A stretch of 63,955 nt of DNA, counting the filler, from Octopus bimaculoides (taxonomy: Eukaryota): assembly GCF_001194135.2 (NCBI RefSeq). It is 5 parts of 5 records of this genome, joined end to end, with 100 filler letters (N's around TTAATTAATTAA, not from the genome) between each part and the next. Parts side by side here need not be neighbours in the genome. Positions count along the whole stretch, not along the records: positions 37,584 to 60,947 come from NC_068981.1; positions 61,048 to 62,801 come from NW_026405414.1; 3 more parts are not named here. The stretch is one strand, 5' to 3'. Every line of letters begins with the position of its first letter. Position 1 is the stretch's first letter. A program made the translations under genes and the position numbers. Below are positions 51,113-62,901 of the stretch, piece by piece. A model generated the notes under the pieces. The model saw only the letters and a list, made by a program, of their open reading frames with translations, had not been told where the DNA came from and searched no databases.

Positions 51113-52350
51113 TGAAGACTGAGGTTGATGTTGCGCTCAAAATTGACTGGATGGAATAGAATAAATCCAAGCAATTAGTCCAAGCAATTAACACGTGGGC
51201 GTTTCGGTATGGAGCGGGAATTATAAAATGGCAAAAGAGAAAAATAACGAAAATGGATGCCAAGACCAGAGAAATGTTGACAATACACGGAGCCTTCCAC
51301 CCTAAGAGTGACATTGATAGGTTGTACTTGTCCAGAAGAAAGGGTGGTAGAGGTTTAATTAGTTGCCAGGACTGTATCGAAGCAGAGGAAAACAACATAG
51401 GATAGTATATAAAGATGCCGTGGAGCCACTGCCGAAACACACGAAGAAGGCCAGCGTCATCAAAACTGAAAATTGTGTAACTAAAGAAAAATTTAAATAA
51501 GAAATGAACAAAAAAAAAACATGGAAGAAAAAGAAAATGTACGCTCAGTTTGCAAGAGATATGAACTCCAAGACCGATACAGAAGACCGGTGGCTATGGA
51601 TGAGGAGGAGTGACCTGAAGATAGAAACAGAAGCATCCATATGCGCAACTCAAGAACAAGCGTTAAGAACCAAATTATATGAAATGCAGAATAGACAACA
51701 TTACCGATAGCGACAAACGCAGAATGTGTGGTGAGAGGAGTGAAACGGCATGGCACATCGTTTGCAAATGCCCGATATTGGCACAATGCGAATACAAACA
51801 ATGTGGCAAGAATGATCCATTGGGATCTCTGTCGAAATCACGACTTACAAAGAGCAAAGGCGTGGTATGAACAAACTCGAGAAGGGGTCACTGAAAATGA
51901 GAATTGCAATGATCCACTGCGATCACCCGACCAGACATCGGAAACCGGACATTGTTGTGGTGAATAAAAAAGAAAGAACATGTATGATAATTGACATAGC
52001 ATGCTCAGGTGACAACAGGATCAATGTGAAAGAAGAAAAAATAAACAGCTATGATTATTTGAAGTGGGAAATACCAAGGTTGTGGTCAATGAAGAGAGTA
52101 GACGTGATACCAATAGTAATTGGTACACTTGGAAGTATCAGCACTCAACTACCAACATAGCTAAAAAAAGGATTGGTGCAAGTGTGAAGGTAGAACACCT
52201 ACAAAAATCAGTGTTGCTTGGAACTGCAAGAATACTTCGCAGGATTCTTGAAGCCTGACCAGTAAACAAGTGTCACCTTAGTCTGTTGACTGTGGACAGC
52301 TGATACTCTCCATCAATCCTAGCAAAATAAGCTGTGAGTTTTCATATCAC
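51113..52350 (+). mobile_element. 5'-truncated R4/Dong-like non-LTR retrotransposon (RT thumb, zinc knuckle, restriction-like endonuclease)
   Basis: Frameshifted: RLRLMLRSKL...AINTW..RYGAGIIKW...HPKSDIDRLYLSRRKGGRGL...QEQALRTK...RMCGERSETAWHIVCKC...KPDIVVVNKKERTCMIIDIAC (PD-(D/E)xK)...VIPIVIGTLG...LQKSVLLGTARILRRILEA* (stop at 52258); followed by (AAT)n from 52351. Confidence 0.88.
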
Positions 52351-52407
<57 letters not shown>

Positions 52408-52698
52408 NNNNNNNNNNNNNNNNNNNNNNNNNNNNNNNNNNNNNNNNNNNNNNNNNNNNNNNNNNNNNNNNNNNNNNNNNNNNNNNNNNNNNNNNNNNNN
52501 NNNNNNNNNNNNNNNNNNNNNNNNNNNNNNNNNNNNNNNNNNNNNNNNNNNNNNNNNNNNNNNNNNNNNNNNNNNNNNNNNNNNNNNNNNNNNNNNNNNN
52601 NNNNNNNNNNNNNNNNNNNNNNNNNNNNAATAATAATAAGAAGAAGAAGAAGAAAAAGAAGAAAAAGAAGAAGAGTAATAATGATAACAACAACAACG

Positions 52699-52770
<72 letters not shown>
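52351..52770. repeat. (AAT)n and compound AAG/AAC/AAT microsatellite spanning an N gap
   Basis: Direct reading. Confidence 0.9.
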
Positions 52771-52773
<3 letters not shown>

Positions 52774-53152
52774 GACAGCAACAACAACAATGGTGTCTAA
52801 TTCAGGCACAAAGTTAGAAGCTTTAAAGGAAATGTTAGTTGGCGAGGGACAAATGAGAGGGTGTTGATGAACTTTTAAATACCGATGAAACCTTCGATCC
52901 TCATCCCAAGTGAAACACCGTTAAAGTATAATTTCACCCAGAGTCTAAATATTTGTGAATAAGAGTCTGAATGTATATATTCAAAACATAAACACTGTGG
53001 CTCGTGCATCACTGGATCGTTTTATTTCTGTTATGATGACATTGATCTTGTTATCCAAGTACAACACAAGTCAATCACCTTACTAGACACCCTAACAGGA
53101 GACAGACCGCTTTTGCTAGAAAGCGGTTCAGACATAGCTAGTTTAGTCACAA

Positions 53153-53925
53153 AGGAGTAGCTGTGTGGTAAGTAGCTTGCTTACCAACCACATGGTTCTG
53201 GGTTCAGTCCCACTGCGTGGCACCTTGGGCAAGTGTCTTCTACTATAGCCTCGAGCCGACCAAAGCCTTGTGAGTGGATTTGGTAGACGGAAACTGAAAG
53301 AAGCCCGTCGTATATATGTATATATATATGTATGTGTGTGTATTATATATGTATGTGTGTGTATATGTTTGTGTGTCTGTGTTTGTCCCCTCAACATCGC
53401 TTGACAACCGATGCTGGTGTGTTTACGTCCCCGTAACTTAGCGGTTCGGCAAAAGGAAACCGATAGAATAAGTACTAGGCTTACAAAGAATAAGTCCTGG
53501 GGTCGATTTACTCGACTAAAAGGCGGTGCTCCAGNNNNNNNNNNGTCCCACTGCGTGGCACCTTGGGCAAGTGTCTTCTACTATAGCCTCGAGCCGACCA
53601 AAGCCTTGTGAGTGGATTTGGTAGACGGAAACTGAAAGAAGCCCGTCGTATATATGTATATATATGTATGTGTGTGTATTATATATGTATGTGTGTGTAT
53701 ATGTTTGTGTGTCTGTGTTTGTCCCCTCAACATCGCTTGACAACCGATGCTGGTGTGTTTACGTCCCCGTAACTTAGCGGTTCGGCAAAAGGAAACCGAT
53801 AGAATAAGTACTAGGCTTACAAAGAATAAGTCCTGGGGTCGATTTACTCGACTAAAAGGCGGTGCTCCAGCATGGCCGCAGTCAAATGACTGAAACAAGT
53901 AAAAGAGTAAAGAGTAAAGAGTAAA
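53153..53925 (+). mobile_element. SINE family A, near full length, present twice across a 10-N gap
   Basis: 53153-53534 and 53545-53925 overlap in content and are essentially identical. Confidence 0.85.
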
Positions 53926-54624
53926 TGATAAATCGAAACTGCATATTCTATTCAGAGCACAGGAAAAGCATGTTGAATCCATTTTTGGTTAGAAAAGTGT
54001 TAGCAATATCAAAAACTGTCAAAGTCAACATACCTGTTGGCTGGTTTTCAAGAACGGTGGAATAGCTCAACCTATCTAGTTGTTATGTATATTAATTAAA
54101 TGAGGATGCACAGTAAATTCATTGAATGTTCACTGTAATAATTTCAAGTTTTTGCATTAATAAAATATTGTGTCCATTAGTGTTATAAAGTAAAATATTT
54201 CGTTGCTACCTTCTAACTGGAAATGATTAATTTAGATTGAAGGTTTCAATAAGACTTCCGTTATTAAAGAGTTATCCGCTTCCAATTATTTATGCCATTA
54301 ATTATTAGAGTCAACATAAAATGTTAGCGTTCTCAGTATTAAGCAAGAATATTGAATAATCTTTGTCAGCATTACCGTTGAATCTAGGTCTTGGTTTTGT
54401 TTGTGAGTTGCATATAATGGCCAGAGTACAATAATCCATGGCATATTATCTGTCACCGGAAGAATATTTTGCTCGGCAACTAGAGATTCCACGACAACGA
54501 CTGCCTCAAAATTTAAGAAAAATCAATAACGCATCTTTTCATTCTCGATACGGTCTGGAAGGCGCGAACGTGAATATCAAATTGTTAATATTTTCCTCAT
54601 CGGAGAATATATCTTCGTTTTAGA

Positions 54625-54715
54625 CAGGGGTTCCCAACCAGGGTCCAAATGACCCTTGGAGATCCATATAAGATTTTGTTTATTAAAGTTTACGAGCAAT
54701 AAAATGGTTATACTT
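54625..54715 (+). mobile_element. hAT-like MITE end
   Basis: caggggttcccaacc terminus (hAT/Charlie-type TIR), agggtccaaatgaccc...ccatataagatttt; related to 57928. Confidence 0.5.
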
Positions 54716-56166
54716 TTACAATCTTTTACAATCTTTCGCCTTTTACCTTTTATTCGTTTCAGTCATTAGACTGCGGCCATACTGGGGCATCGCCTTGAAG
54801 AATTTTTACTCGAATGAATCGACCCTAGATGTAAGGCGACTTTGAGGCACCGCAGTGTTTCGACCTCATCGTTTAACTCCTCAGTCAAAGCTACCCCTAC
54901 CTGAATGGTCTAACAAAAGTACGAGGTTATGCTTATGGAAATCAGCAAACAAGTTATTTACTGATGAATGTTGATGCCTGATAAACAGATAGTAATTCAT
55001 GAAGTGCACGCAGAGCAATGAGAATTCAGACTAACTACATACATACCGATATATATATNNNNNNNNNNNNNNNNNNNNNNNNNNNNNNNNNNNNNNNNNN
55101 NNNNNNNNNNNNNNNNNNNNNATATATAGAGTTATTAATATTTCTAAATATATATATATACATATATATCGTGCAATATAGTGTGTGGTAGGGCAACTTA
55201 AAAAGAACGGTCTCACGGCAAGCATATATTGGTTTTAGAATAAATGTCACAGTTGTTTAGGAAAATATACATACACGTGCTCTTACGTACAAACAAATAC
55301 GAGTTGTTATTTACATGAATACGCGTGCACTAATAAACACAATTATGGCAAATCGTGCAGAATGAATAAGAACGTCTGTAGAATTCTTGCATAAATGAAT
55401 TGATACATGGCATCATTTCAACGAAAATTACTTCATTGATTCATTTCGTCTGAGATTTTAGTAATAATCTTATCGATGTTAATGTACTTTACAAACGGCA
55501 GACTTAATAGTCCACACAACCTGCTTACTGTCCACGTTCTCACCATCGCACGATGACAGTCGTGGCAAAACAACCGGACATGATTTTGACGTGAACTGAC
55601 GAACCATTAAATCCCATTAGTACGTAATTATTATTCTTTCAGCTTGCATACCTACCTACCTACCCACCAACCTACCTACCTACATACATACATACCAACA
55701 AAGATGCATAGACATATACAAGCGTATATATTTTCATGTGTGTCTGTTGTGGTGTAATGCAGTGTGATGTGTGTGTGTGTGTGTGCGCGTGTGCGTGCGT
55801 GTGTGTGTGTGTGTGCGTGTGTGTGTGTCTGGTGTAGTGTAATGCAGTGTGATGTGTGTGTGTGATGTATGTGTGTGTGATGTGTGTTTGTGTGTGTGTG
55901 TGTGTGATGTGTGTGTAGTGTAATGCAGTATGATAGGTGATGTATGTGTGTGATGTGTGCGTGTGTGTGCGCGTGCGTTTTATAACATAGTATATGGTAT
56001 AGTAGTCGTGTATGTTGTGATATACGACATGAAGTGACTAGAGGTTACTGATTTAAATGGGATTATAGTTTAATTAAAGAATTATTTCATTTGTCTATGC
56101 ACATATGAATCTTGATTATGTGTCCGTGCGTGAATGTGAGCATGTGGTTATGTGTGCATGTGGTTA

Positions 56167-56198
<32 letters not shown>

Positions 56199-56219
56199 TG
56201 TGTGCGTGCGTGTGTGCGT

Positions 56220-56253
<34 letters not shown>

Positions 56254-57927
56254 TCCACTTGCTTACAGTTCTAGAAATTTTGACGTGCCATCTCTTCGAT
56301 AGAAGGGGGTTATGAATAGAGGATATTTAGAAACCATTCTTTTAAAATTTTAAGAAAGCATTGCAGGATTTTATTGATCCACATACTNNNNNNNNNNNNN
56401 NNNNNNNNNNNNNNNNNNNNNNNNNNNNNNNNNNNNNNNNNNNNNNNNNNNNNNNNNNNNNNNNNNNNNNNNNNNNNNNNNNNNNNNNNNNNNNNNNNNN
56501 NNNNNNNNNNNNNNNNNNNNNNNNNNNNNNNNNNNNNNNNNNNNNNNNNNNNNNNNNNNNNNNNNNNNNNNNNNNNNNNNNNNNNNNNNNNNNNNNNNNN
56601 NNNNNNNNNNNNNNNNNNNNNNNNNNNNNNNNNNNNNNNNNNNNNNNNNNNNNNNNNNNNNNNNNNNNNNNNNNNNNNNNNNNNNNNNNNNNNNNNNNNN
56701 NNNNNNNNNNNNNNNNNNNNNNNNNNNNNNNNNNNNNNNNNNNNNNNNNNNNNNNNNNNNNNNNNNNNNNNNNNNNNNNNNNNNNNNNNNNNNNNNNNNN
56801 NNNNNNNNNNNNNNNNNNNNNNNNNNNNNNNNNNNNNNNNNNNNNNNNNNNNNNNNNNNNNNNNNNNNNNNNNNNNNNNNNNNNNNNNNNNNNNNNNNNN
56901 NNNNNNNNNNNNNNNNNNNNNNNNNNNNNNNNNNNNNNNNNNNNNNNNNNNNNNNNNNNNNNNNNNNNNNNNNNNNNNNNNNNNNNNNNNNNNNNNNNNN
57001 NNNNNNNNNNNNNNNNNNNNNNNNNNNNNNNNNNNNNNNNNNNNNNNNNNNNNNNNNNNNNNNNNNNNNNNNNNNNNNNNNNNNNNNNNNNNNNNNNNNN
57101 NNNNNNNNNNNNNNNNNNNNNNNNNNNNNNNNNNNCATACATGCATACACACATACATACATACTTATATACATACATACATACATGCATGCATACATAC
57201 ATGCATGCATACATGCATACATACATGCAAACAAAAATACCTTGCTGATGATGTTGAAATTCTAATGAAGGAACCTTGGATCTAGGTTAGAAACCGGCTC
57301 TTTCTCTATTGGCAAGAAATTTTGAAATAAAACTGAAGAATTACACACATACATACATACATACATACATACATACATACATGCATGCATACAAACACAC
57401 ACACATACATACATACGTACATACGTACATACATACATACATACATACATACATACATACATACAACAAATACACTTTTATATAAGCACGCATGCACGGG
57501 TACACACAATGACATGTTTATCGCGTCTGGTGCAACGGCCTACACATCTTCAACCTTTAGCTTCATTAACGAAATTCAATAAAATTCAATATTTATTTAG
57601 GACCGCTTAGGGACATTTCAATATCTTACGTTATCTGCCTTCGAAATCTAAAGTTATGTGATTGATTTCTAGCCAAAAAGAAAAGAAAAAAAAAGGCCAA
57701 AAAGAAAAAAAGAAAAAGAATAGGAATCGATATCTATTCGAAGTTCTTTCAACGCTTTACAAGCCAGAGATATCAAGTAACTATTTCTACTTTGATTAGA
57801 GATATTTACAGATGTCTGTTCTGAAAGTTATAACGACAAATATGGATGCAAAATATTCTACATATTTATAGGCATGGTGGACAATTTTACATATGTACCC
57901 ACGAGCCAATTAGAGAGATTCTGAATA

Positions 57928-58110
57928 AGTGATTCTCAACTGGGGTCCATATGGTCCCTGAAACAAAATAGTAAATTGGGGATCTACAATAATATTTTAA
58001 GGGCCTCCTAAAAACATTTGCTTTAGATTTATGTATTGGTATGTATTGCAAAAAACAGCTAGGTTTTTTTCTCTAACATTTTACATAGCACATAAATATT
58101 CACAAATATA
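57928..58110 (+). mobile_element. hAT-like MITE fragment
   Basis: agtgattctcaactggggtccatatggtccc...aaattggggatctacaat; shares its terminal motif with 54625. Confidence 0.45.
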
Positions 58111-58473
58111 TACGCATCGAATTTTCATAGTCCACCTCAACACGTGTGTATTTGGTCAGAATAATACAGAAGTAAATGAACCGACCCGAAGTGAATGGGA
58201 TACATTTAAACATAAGTAAAGGATAAATTAATGAATTTTATCAATGGCCAGCATATAAAAAATATCCTTTTAGGTAAAAACGCATATAGAGAGAGATATA
58301 ATTGTATAGGCAAGTGTCTTCTACTATAGCCTCGGACCGACCAAAGCCTTGTGAGTGGATTTGGTAGACGGAAACTGAAAGAAGCCTGTCGTATATATGT
58401 AGGCTCGAAACGTTAAAGACCTTTTCACTTCCCGAGCGTTAAACTAATACATCTTTTTTTTAAATTCTCCACC

Positions 58474-58514
<41 letters not shown>

Positions 58515-58797
58515 GAATGTATGAATGTATGCATGNNNNNNNNNNNNNNNNNNNNNNNNNNNNNNNNNNNNNNNNNNNNNNNNNNNNNNNNNNNNNNNNN
58601 NNNNNNNNNNNNNNNNNNNNNNNNNNNNNATAGGCAAGTGTCTTCTACTATAGCCTCGGACCGACCAAAGCCTTGTGAGTGGATTTGGTAGACGGAAACT
58701 GAAAGAAGCCTGTCGTATATATGTAGGCTCGAAACGTTAAAGACCTTTTCACTTCCCGAGCGTTAAACTAATACATCTTTTTTTTAAATTCTCCACC

Positions 58798-58838
<41 letters not shown>

Positions 58839-58902
58839 GAATGTATGAATGTATGCATGTATGTATAATTCTTGTTTCTCTGGAATTGTCTTTCCTTTGC
58901 AG

Positions 58903-58945
58903 AATTCAAGCCAGTCAACAACAAACTGGCAAGACTTTGTTATTG
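58903..58945 (+). CDS. Candidate 43-nt internal exon, gene unknown
   Basis: Acceptor tctttcctttgcag|AATT and donor ATTG|gtaagt, both strong; all three frames are stop-free. Confidence 0.35.
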
Positions 58946-59473
58946 GTAAGTCAAGATAGGTCACAGAGTTAGTGGTTACCTCGACTGTTAATGTCTGTAT
59001 ACATATGTATGTATGTACGTACGTATGTATGTGTGCATGTATGTATGTATGTATGCATACATGTATGTATGTATACATATATGCATGTATGGGTCTGCGT
59101 CTGGATAAATTTGCACTTGGGGATGTGCGTATCACGATAGAACACATGTATGTCTTTTTCATTACTTCTTATATGTGTGCATTCGTATGTATTTCATATG
59201 TATATATGTGTGCATGTGTTCACTCAGGAAGCTCAGAGAATCACTGAAATGTTTTACATAACTCCACTCGTCCCCTGCTCAACTGTATCTAGAGAATGCT
59301 CTTTTCTTTTTGTGGTAAACCAAGCATTTGTAGATTTCTTTGCAGTTCTGTTGTCATGTAACACAGCGCACTAATGGTAATGAAAATCTATCTATAGCCT
59401 GGATATAAGAGTTGTAATTTACGCATCAGTTCTCCATAATGTTATCTGTGTAGATACAGATAGGTAGATAGAT

Positions 59474-59511
<38 letters not shown>

Positions 59512-59868
59512 ACATACACACTCACTGACACACAGTCATACACATGCACACACGCACAGGAATAACAATATATCTTTATTTCACAACCGTCGGAGCGTGA
59601 AACTCTTTTCACGACCGTAGGTGCGTGAGATGGTTGTGATCTGTAAACAGTTTTGAGTAGGAACCGGAAAGAGAAGTATGAATATGCAATGCGCATGTGC
59701 ACACTGAATTCGTAAAACGGAAGAGAAGAATAAAAACGCAATGCCAAACAATGGTCAGCATGCCACGTCTGCCACCACTATCACGCAGTTTTGCTGCAAT
59801 TTTCTTGTTTTTAAAGTGCGTGTGTATGTGTGTGTGCGTGTATGTGTGTATGTATGAGCATGTGTGTA

Positions 59869-59909
<41 letters not shown>

Positions 59910-60589
59910 GCATGTGTGTATGCGCGTGTGTGTGTGTGCGTGTGTGTGCGTGTGTGTGTGTGTGTGTGAAGATTAATAGAACTTTTATAAACGACTCAAA
60001 TAGCATGACTGATGATTAAAACGATGACTCGAATCTATGTCACGCATCCATTTAAAAGAAATTTGGCTGCTATTTCTTGCAGGTTGAGTGGCCAGAAAGA
60101 GGTTCCTTTGCTAACTCGTTCCAAATAATTTCAGATTGGTTGTGTGTAATTTATCGTACAAGACTTCCTTGAACAAATATATTTAAATGGTCTGTGTACA
60201 TTATTTTACAAGAGATTTCCTTTATCAAAAAAACTAAAATGGATTTGTGAGTTTATCACATAGGAATTCCTTTATCAAATAAATTTGCAGGATTTCTGCG
60301 TACATAAACATACTTATATGGGTGCTCAGGTTTTCTAGCAACAACTATATATAAGAAGAATAGCTAATTGTGTTTAAAGTTTGCATGTTGCAAATGAGTG
60401 ATACGGTTTCGATTCTTCATTCTCTGCTTGTAATAGATGTGCATACTATAAAATATTTGTGTTTACACAAAAATAACTCTCCGCCCCGCCCTGCATACAC
60501 ACACATAAATACATACACACACATAAATACATACACACGCAAAATACTTGGGTATGTGTACGTCTGTATGTATGTGTGTGCGTATTTCT

Positions 60590-60947
60590 CTGTCGAGCAA
60601 ACTACATCCCTGTTCATCGATTAGAGACCGAATGGTGGCTGTTACCGCGTTGCGCCTCCGCCACCCGGGCTTCTCGCGCAGCTTCGATCCCTTCGTTCCT
60701 TAAGGCACGCATTTTAGCTCTGACGACGCAACCTTCGTGTTTGGCGTTGAGGTGTTGGTCGAGGGCCATCCTCGCAGCCAAAACGTTGGTTGCGCTGCCA
60801 GTTGTAAGTGCCTCTTCTAGTTTCTTAACTAAGTCTCCCTCTACTCTATTTCGATCTATCGCTAGTTCTTTACTAAACCTAATAGATTCCGATTTAATTG
60901 CCATTCTCAGGGCAAACCACCAGCGGTTGTTAACGATGGCTCCTGTT
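60590..60947 (-). mobile_element. L1/Tx1-clade LINE ORF2 fragment (post-endonuclease linker), cut by the contig end
   Basis: TGAIVNNRWWFALRMAIKSESIRFSKELA...LEEAL...KHEGCVVRAK...EAQRGN resembles the Tx1/L1 WW-x-x-x-K...I-x-FS...G-x-x-I/VR-A/S-R/K pattern; GC-rich and uninterrupted over ~110 codons. Confidence 0.6.
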
Positions 60948-61047
60948 NNNNNNNNNNNNNNNNNNNNNNNNNNNNNNNNNNNNNNNNNNNNTTAATTAAT
61001 TAANNNNNNNNNNNNNNNNNNNNNNNNNNNNNNNNNNNNNNNNNNNN
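60948..61047. other. Synthetic 100-bp scaffold-join spacer
   Basis: 44 N + TTAATTAATTAA (60992-61003) + 44 N. Confidence 0.9.
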
Positions 61048-62801
61048 CACACACACAACCACACACACACACACACAACCACACACACACACACATCCAC
61101 GCATACACACTAAAACTCACGTATATCAAGTGTACATGTATATATGTATTTGTGTGTCTATTTACACACAGACACACACACGCACATACATGTGCGTGTG
61201 TGTGTATGTATATACGTATATGCATATACATGCGTGTATATGCGTATTCCCGAAAACATATATATTTATTCATTCTTATATATTGTACATACATGCATAT
61301 GTACGTATGTATACTGAAGTATATATTTGTACATGTATTTACATGTATACGTGTGTGTATCGATGTATATACACACACACGCACGCACACATATATAAGT
61401 GTTTATATACATATATGTGCGTGTGTATGTCTGAGTAGATGTGTTTGTGTGTACAAATATATATATATATATATANNNNNNNNNNNNNNNNNNNNNNNNN
61501 NNNNNNNNNNNNNNNNNNNNNNNNNNNNNNNNNNNNNNNNNNNNNNNNNNNNNNNNNNNNNNNNNNNNNNNNNNNNNNNNNNNNNNNNNNNNNNNNNNNN
61601 NNNNNNNNNNNNNNNNNNNNNNNNNNNNNNNNNNNNNNNNNNNNNNNNNNNNNNNNNNNNNNNNNNNNNNNNNNNNNNNNNNNNNNNNNNNNNNNNNNNN
61701 NNNNNNNNNNNNNNNNNNNNNNNNNNNNNNNNNNNNNNNNNNNNNNNNNNNNNNNNNNNNNNNNNNNNNNNNNNNNNNNNNNNNNNNNNNNNNNNNNNNN
61801 NNNNNNNNNNNNNNNNNNNNNNNNNNNNNNNNNNNNNNNNNNNNNNNNNNNNNNNNNNNNNNNNNNNNNNNNNNNNNNNNNNNNNNNNNNNNNNNNNNNN
61901 NNNNNNNNNNNNNNNNNNNNNNNNNNNNNNNNNNNNNNNNNNNNNNNNNNNNNNNNNNNNNNNNNNNNNNNNNNNNNNNNNNNNNNNNNNNNNNNNNNNN
62001 NNNNNNNNNNNNNNNNNNNNNNNNNNNNNNNNNNNNNNNNNNNNNNNNNNNNNNNNNNNNNNNNNNNNNNNNNNNNNNNNNNNNNNNNNNNNNNNNNNNN
62101 NNNNNNNNNNNNNNNNNNNNNNNNNNNNNNNNNNNNNNNNNNNNNNNNNNNNNNNNNNNNNNNNNNNNNNNTGTGTATGTCTGAGTAGATGTGTTTGTGT
62201 GTACAAATATATATATATATATATCCTTATACATATTTAATATACATAGACAAGAATCTACACACACACACACACACACACACACCGTTGCAGTAAAAGA
62301 CTCTTTTAATACCGTCCAGTTCTCTAACAACACCACAGATATTTACGCTGCTACAGTGCTGACCCGACCTTTTCGCATTTACTAGTTTTCAGCGACGATG
62401 GTTTGATGATGATGATGATGATGATGCTGCTGTAGTTCTTGTTGTTGTTGATGGTGTTGTTGTTGTTTGTGATGGCGTGTTGCCGGGTTTGGAACAACAA
62501 CAACAACAAAAACAACAGCAACAGCAAAGAATAGAAACAAATATAAAAACAAAAAACAAAAAAAAAACCCCACCAGGAACTCGATAGATGAAATATTTGT
62601 AAAGAAATGTAGAAATAAAGGAGGAGAATAGGTGTGTGTTGGGGAGGAGTAACAATTATTACGTTGATCTTAACATCTCATTGTAACTGCTTTGTACATA
62701 AACGCATATACAAACCCCACCACACACACATACATACACATACACACGTATACACACATGTACAAATACGTGTGTAACTTGTAGGTATGTATATATCTAT
62801 A

Positions 62802-62901
62802 NNNNNNNNNNNNNNNNNNNNNNNNNNNNNNNNNNNNNNNNNNNNTTAATTAATTAANNNNNNNNNNNNNNNNNNNNNNNNNNNNNNNNNNNNNNNNNNN
62901 N
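62802..62901. other. Synthetic 100-bp scaffold-join spacer
   Basis: 44 N + TTAATTAATTAA (62846-62857) + 44 N. Confidence 0.9.

Noticed and set aside
53153-53925. Apparent tandem duplication of a SINE
   Set aside because: Near-identical copies on either side of a 10-N gap, typical of an unmerged contig overlap or haplotype artefact.
58310-58860. ~225-bp direct repeat (58310-58535 vs 58631-58860)
   Set aside because: Identical sequence flanking an N gap; most likely an assembly overlap.
61420-62225. Direct repeat on both sides of a long N gap
   Set aside because: Same gap-flanking artefact within low-complexity TA/TG sequence.
62382-62573. Poly-Gln/His ORF (…QQQHHQQQQELQQHHHHHHH…) resembling a transcription-factor tail
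   Set aside because: All frames are low-complexity, with no convincing splice acceptor or recognisable domain, on a 1.7-kb piece; cannot be supported, though not excluded.
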